A DNA stretch of 61,359 nt, the filler included. It is 5 parts of 5 records of this genome, joined end to end, with 100 filler letters (N's around TTAATTAATTAA, not from the genome) between each part and the next. Parts side by side here need not be neighbours in the genome. Positions count along the whole stretch, not along the records: positions 47,480 to 61,359 come from SRR31156797_22807; 4 more parts are not named here. One strand, 5' to 3'. Below, one piece after another: positions 57,746 to 61,359 of the stretch (position 1 is its first letter; the number at the start of each line of letters is the position of its first letter). A model generated the notes under the pieces. It was not told the origin of the DNA. It did no database searches and saw only the letters and a list, made by a program, of their open reading frames with translations. The translations under genes and the position numbers were made by a program.

Positions 57746-57762
57746 CAAAATCATCTTGTGTC

Positions 57763-58506
57763 ATGAAATTCGAACTTGATATCACAAAACATATGCGAAG
57801 CGGAGGAGATGAATTTCTCCTCCGTTCGGAGTTCTTCTCGACAGACCGTGCTTTGGTGTTGTTCGGACCGTCTGGATCGGGCAAAACACTGACCCTTCAA
57901 TCCATCGCAGGCATGCTCACGCCCGACAAAGGGTACATCAAAATCAACGGCGAAGTGATTTTCGACTCCAAAACGAACATCAATGTCCCCACACGATCCC
58001 GCGATGTCGGATATGTATTTCAAGACTATGCCCTTTTTCCTCACCTGACTGTCCGCGAAAATATCAGTTTTGGACTCAAACCGCTTTTCGGCAAACTTAG
58101 CCCAAAGGATACGTGGCGCGTGGAAGAACTGATCGCCGTATTCGGTCTTGAAAAGATCGCCAGCCAACGGCCAATCGCTCTGTCTGGTGGGCAACAACAA
58201 AGAACGGCACTCGCTCGAGCGTTGGCTCCCTCCCCTAAAATCCTGCTCTTGGATGAGCCCTTCAGCGCCCTGGATCAACCATTGCGCATACGCATGCGCA
58301 ATGAACTGACTAAAGTACTTGAAACCTTCGACATCCCCATGATCATGGTCACCCACGATGCCGACGAAGCGGAGGCCTTTGCCGAAACCATCATAGTCTA
58401 TCATAACGGCAGTGTGGCAAATATATACTCAGCCAGCTCCTTTACTGATTCGGATAAAAGTCTGGCCGAAACCCTCCGCCAACAGGTCGCTCTGGCGTAT
58501 GAATAA
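57763..58506 (+). CDS. modC: Molybdate ABC transporter ATPase (no TOBE domain)
   Basis: GPSGSGKT, VFQDYALFPHL, LSGGQQQR, LLLDEPFSALD. Confidence 0.9.
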   Translation: MKFELDITKHMRSGGDEFLLRSEFFSTDRALVLFGPSGSGKTLTLQSIAGMLTPDKGYIKINGEVIFDSKTNINVPTRSRDVGYVFQDYALFPHLTVRENISFGLKPLFGKLSPKDTWRVEELIAVFGLEKIASQRPIALSGGQQQRTALARALAPSPKILLLDEPFSALDQPLRIRMRNELTKVLETFDIPMIMVTHDADEAEAFAETIIVYHNGSVANIYSASSFTDSDKSLAETLRQQVALAYE

Positions 58507-58877
58507 CCTCCATATCAACTTTGAGGATTCATTGTATCATCTTTAAATCAGCAACCCCCTCATTCTATTTGTAATTAAAATCCGTAAACCAGAATGACAC
58601 CATTTATTGCTGGTTCAAATCTTTCTTCCCAACTTCCCGGGCCTCTGAAAATGGCATAAAAAATACCGGAAATGAAATAATAACTATTTTCGATAAGCCT
58701 CAAAAGCTGATAACCAAGACTGGTAAAGGCTTCCCGGGGTTTATGCATAAAAATACAATTTACACTGGCGTTTTTCACCTGCTTTCTATAGTCTAGATAT
58801 TCTCTAGCGCCTACATCCGCTTTTACTTGTATTTTTCTATAAGTTCAATTTTTTCAAACGTTTACGAAGGTTCATTT

Positions 58878-61118
58878 ATGTCCAAACTTAAAATGCCAGC
58901 TAATCTTTCCGACCCGATTATCAATGAAAACGCCAAGATAGTTTTGAAACGGCGTTACCAACGGAAAGACACCGAGGGGGTCACGTACGAGACCACCAAG
59001 GAGCTCTTCTGGAGAGTGGCGGCAGCCATTGCCGAAGAAGAAAACAAATACAAAGAGTCTTCGTTCAAATCCACCAAATTGGCACGCGAATTCTACGACC
59101 TTATGACTTCGTATCGTTTCCTGCCCAACTCCCCCACACTTATGAACGCAGGCACCGACATCGGACAGTTGGCCGCCTGTTTCGTCTTGCCGGTCGAAGA
59201 CGATATTGAAGGCATTTTCGACGCCGTGAAACATGCAGCCATGATCCACAAGTCCGGCGGCGGAACAGGATTTTCTTTTTCCCGCCTGCGTGCCAAAGAT
59301 TCGGTAGTCGGCTCCACAGGCGGCGTGGCGTCCGGCCCTCTCTCCTTCCTCAAGATTTTCAACTGCGCTACCGAACAAATCAAACAGGGCGGCACCCGAC
59401 GCGGCGCTAACATGGGCATTTTACGCGTCGACCACCCGGACATCATGGATTTTATCAAGGCCAAAGAACGTGATGGGGAATTGAACAATTTCAACCTGTC
59501 CATAGGCCTGACCGAAGCCTTCATGAAAGCTGTTGAGAAGAAAGAGGATTTCGACCTCATCGCACCCAATTCCGGTGAAAAAGCAGGGTCTCTCAACGCC
59601 CGCGATGTCTTCAATATTTTGGTACAAAAGGCATGGGAATCCGGCGATCCGGGTATCGTCTTTCTGGATCGCATCAATCGCGATAACCCCACGCCCAAGC
59701 TCGGCGACATGGAATCCACAAACCCCTGTGGCGAGCAGCCCTTGCTGCCTTACGAAGCCTGCAACCTCGGCTCCATCAACCTCGGCAAGTGTTTCGCCAA
59801 AGGCAAGAATGGTCACGATTCCGAAGTGGATTGGGATGAACTCAAGCGCATCGTGCATCTGGCCGTCAGATTTCTGGACAACGTCATCGACGCCTCCCAG
59901 TACCCTCTGCCTCAGATCACCGAAACCGTTGAGATGAACCGCAAGATCGGTCTCGGTGTCATGGGATGGGCTGACCTGCTTTACCAGCTCAAAATCCCCT
60001 ACAACTCCCAGACTGCAGTTGATATGGGCGAACGCGTCATGAAATTCGTACAGGACGAAGCCCGAAGTGCGTCCAAAACCCTCGCCGCTGAACGCGGCCA
60101 TTTCCCGACATACGTTGAGTCCATTTTCGGTGAAGCCAATCTCGGCCCTTACCGCAACGCCACGACCACGACCATCGCGCCTACCGGCACCCTGTCCATC
60201 ATCGCAGGCTGTTCCTCCGGCGTAGAGCCGCTGTTTGCCCTGTCCTTCGTGCGTAACGTCATGGACAACGACAAGCTGGTCGAGACCAACCCATTTTTCG
60301 AAACGGCGGTCAAGGATGCCGGAGCCTATTCTGCCAACCTCATGGAAGAAATCGCCAAAATCGGCACCATCAAAAAGATGGAACATCTGCCCGAAGAGCT
60401 ACGGACCATCTTTGTCACCTCAATGGATATCGAGCCTATCTGGCACCTCAAGATGCAGGCCGCATTCCAGAAACACACCGACAATGCCGTTTCCAAGACC
60501 GTCAATCTGCCCAGCAACGCCACCAAGGAAGACATCTGGGACATCTACTGGAAGGCCTACGAATATGGATGCAAGGGCGTCACGGTATACCGCGACGGCT
60601 CCAAAACATCTCAAGTTCTCTGCACTGGCGAAAGCGACAAGAAAAAAGAAGAAGATACTTCCGTTGTTCAAGATCGCCCGGATGTCATTTACGGATTCAC
60701 CCAAAAAATCGCCACAGGTCTCGGAATGCTCTTCCTGACCGTCAACGAGATGGACGGCAAACCCTTCGAAGTTTTTGCCACCATCGGCAAATCCGGTGGA
60801 TCAATCACCGCCAAGGCCGAAGCCATTGGCAGGCTTGTCTCTCTTGCCCTGCGTTCCGGCGTTGAAGTGCGCGAGATCGTCGAACAGCTCAAGGGTATCG
60901 GCGGCGAGAATCCCAAATTCATGAAAAAACATCTGGTCAAATCCATTCCCGATGCCATCGCCCATGTCTTCGAATCCCGCTATCTCAGCGGTGATCGCGT
61001 CGACGTACAGGTTGCATCACTCAACAAGGAACTCTGCCCGGATTGCGGCGAACCGCTCGTCTTCGAAGAAGGTTGCCACATCTGCAAATCCTGCGCTTAT
61101 ACCAAGTGCGGCGGGTAG
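58878..61118 (+). CDS. nrdJ: Class II (adenosylcobalamin-dependent) ribonucleotide reductase with C-terminal TSCPD-like and zinc-ribbon region
   Basis: PNSPTLMNAG, QLAACFVL, TNPCGEQ, CNLGSINL, TIAPTGT, YRDGS, CPDCG...EEGC..C.SC.YTKCG. Confidence 0.93.
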   Translation: MSKLKMPANLSDPIINENAKIVLKRRYQRKDTEGVTYETTKELFWRVAAAIAEEENKYKESSFKSTKLAREFYDLMTSYRFLPNSPTLMNAGTDIGQLAACFVLPVEDDIEGIFDAVKHAAMIHKSGGGTGFSFSRLRAKDSVVGSTGGVASGPLSFLKIFNCATEQIKQGGTRRGANMGILRVDHPDIMDFIKAKERDGELNNFNLSIGLTEAFMKAVEKKEDFDLIAPNSGEKAGSLNARDVFNILVQKAWESGDPGIVFLDRINRDNPTPKLGDMESTNPCGEQPLLPYEACNLGSINLGKCFAKGKNGHDSEVDWDELKRIVHLAVRFLDNVIDASQYPLPQITETVEMNRKIGLGVMGWADLLYQLKIPYNSQTAVDMGERVMKFVQDEARSASKTLAAERGHFPTYVESIFGEANLGPYRNATTTTIAPTGTLSIIAGCSSGVEPLFALSFVRNVMDNDKLVETNPFFETAVKDAGAYSANLMEEIAKIGTIKKMEHLPEELRTIFVTSMDIEPIWHLKMQAAFQKHTDNAVSKTVNLPSNATKEDIWDIYWKAYEYGCKGVTVYRDGSKTSQVLCTGESDKKKEEDTSVVQDRPDVIYGFTQKIATGLGMLFLTVNEMDGKPFEVFATIGKSGGSITAKAEAIGRLVSLALRSGVEVREIVEQLKGIGGENPKFMKKHLVKSIPDAIAHVFESRYLSGDRVDVQVASLNKELCPDCGEPLVFEEGCHICKSCAYTKCGG

Positions 61119-61126
61119 TTTAAGAA

Positions 61127-61359
61127 GTCTCCGACGGCTGGGGGGAAGGGAGAGAAAAACCCTTTGTAAAGGGTTCTTTCTCTCCCTTCCCCCCAGATCC
61201 CCTATCCCTCTTTTTTCCTCAACTTTTTGTGTCGCTTCGCGAGATCTTAGTCAGCTAAATCGAAACCCGATTTGCATCATGACTAAAAGTCTTTTTCGGA
61301 CTATGTGTGCTCGCCGAAGGCGCTATAAGAAGTTTTGGAGAGTCCAGAGAACCTTTTTC
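61127..61359. repeat. Palindrome-rich intergenic repeat (REP/MITE-like) with a long hairpin, partial
   Basis: Starts GTCTCCGACGGC (10/12 match to the reverse complement of the 47553-47564 end); near-perfect hairpin at 61138-61196; runs off the window. Confidence 0.6.

Noticed and set aside
58507-58877. NrdR boxes or a B12 riboswitch upstream of nrdJ; CTAGA-N5-TCTAG palindrome
   Set aside because: No adequate match to either consensus, and the palindrome is too short to support.
1-61359. CRISPR arrays, tRNA/rRNA genes, transposases, prophage or defence genes
   Set aside because: None were recognised by eye; tRNAscan and CRISPR finders were not run.

Overview
The window is not one locus. It is five contigs joined by 100-nt N/TTAATTAATTAA spacers (14023-14122, 22984-23083, 40008-40107, 47380-47479), and composition and gene content suggest several organisms. 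(1) 1-14022, Desulfobacterota-like: pyrC, a PilR-like sigma54 activator, and a sigma54-driven type IV minor-pilin operon (fimT-pilW-pilV-pilX-pilY1) preceded by a second, different PilY1. (2) 14123-22983, AT-rich Bacteroidota-like: BlaI/M56-TonB pair, N-terminal-only LarC, methyltransferase, HD hydrolase, three tandem cyclophilins, partial pheS. (3) 23084-40007, Desulfobacterota-like: accessory genes, an aspS::gatC-gatA-gatB operon, a TonB receptor with a structured leader, a B12 radical SAM enzyme, a methyltransferase and a DppA-like binding protein. (4) 40108-47379: glycosyltransferases and an AsnB-like amidotransferase. (5) 47480-61359, Desulfovibrionaceae-like: uvrA, a GEMM-I riboswitch before an HD-GYP gene, aspC, a MerR-methyltransferase fusion, TunR-site modBAC, nrdJ. 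The best candidate for an undescribed system is the tRNA transamidation operon: an intact non-discriminating AspRS fused to GatC, a GatA that has lost its whole catalytic triad and its Gln-binding residues, and a GatB with an intact kinase core but a remodelled ammonia-tunnel/GatA interface. This suggests a glutaminase-independent or alternative-amine transamidosome. Second is a GEMM-I aptamer with a natural U at the ligand-pairing C92-equivalent position, upstream of a divergent HD-GYP gene. All family calls are from motif recognition by eye; no searches were run.
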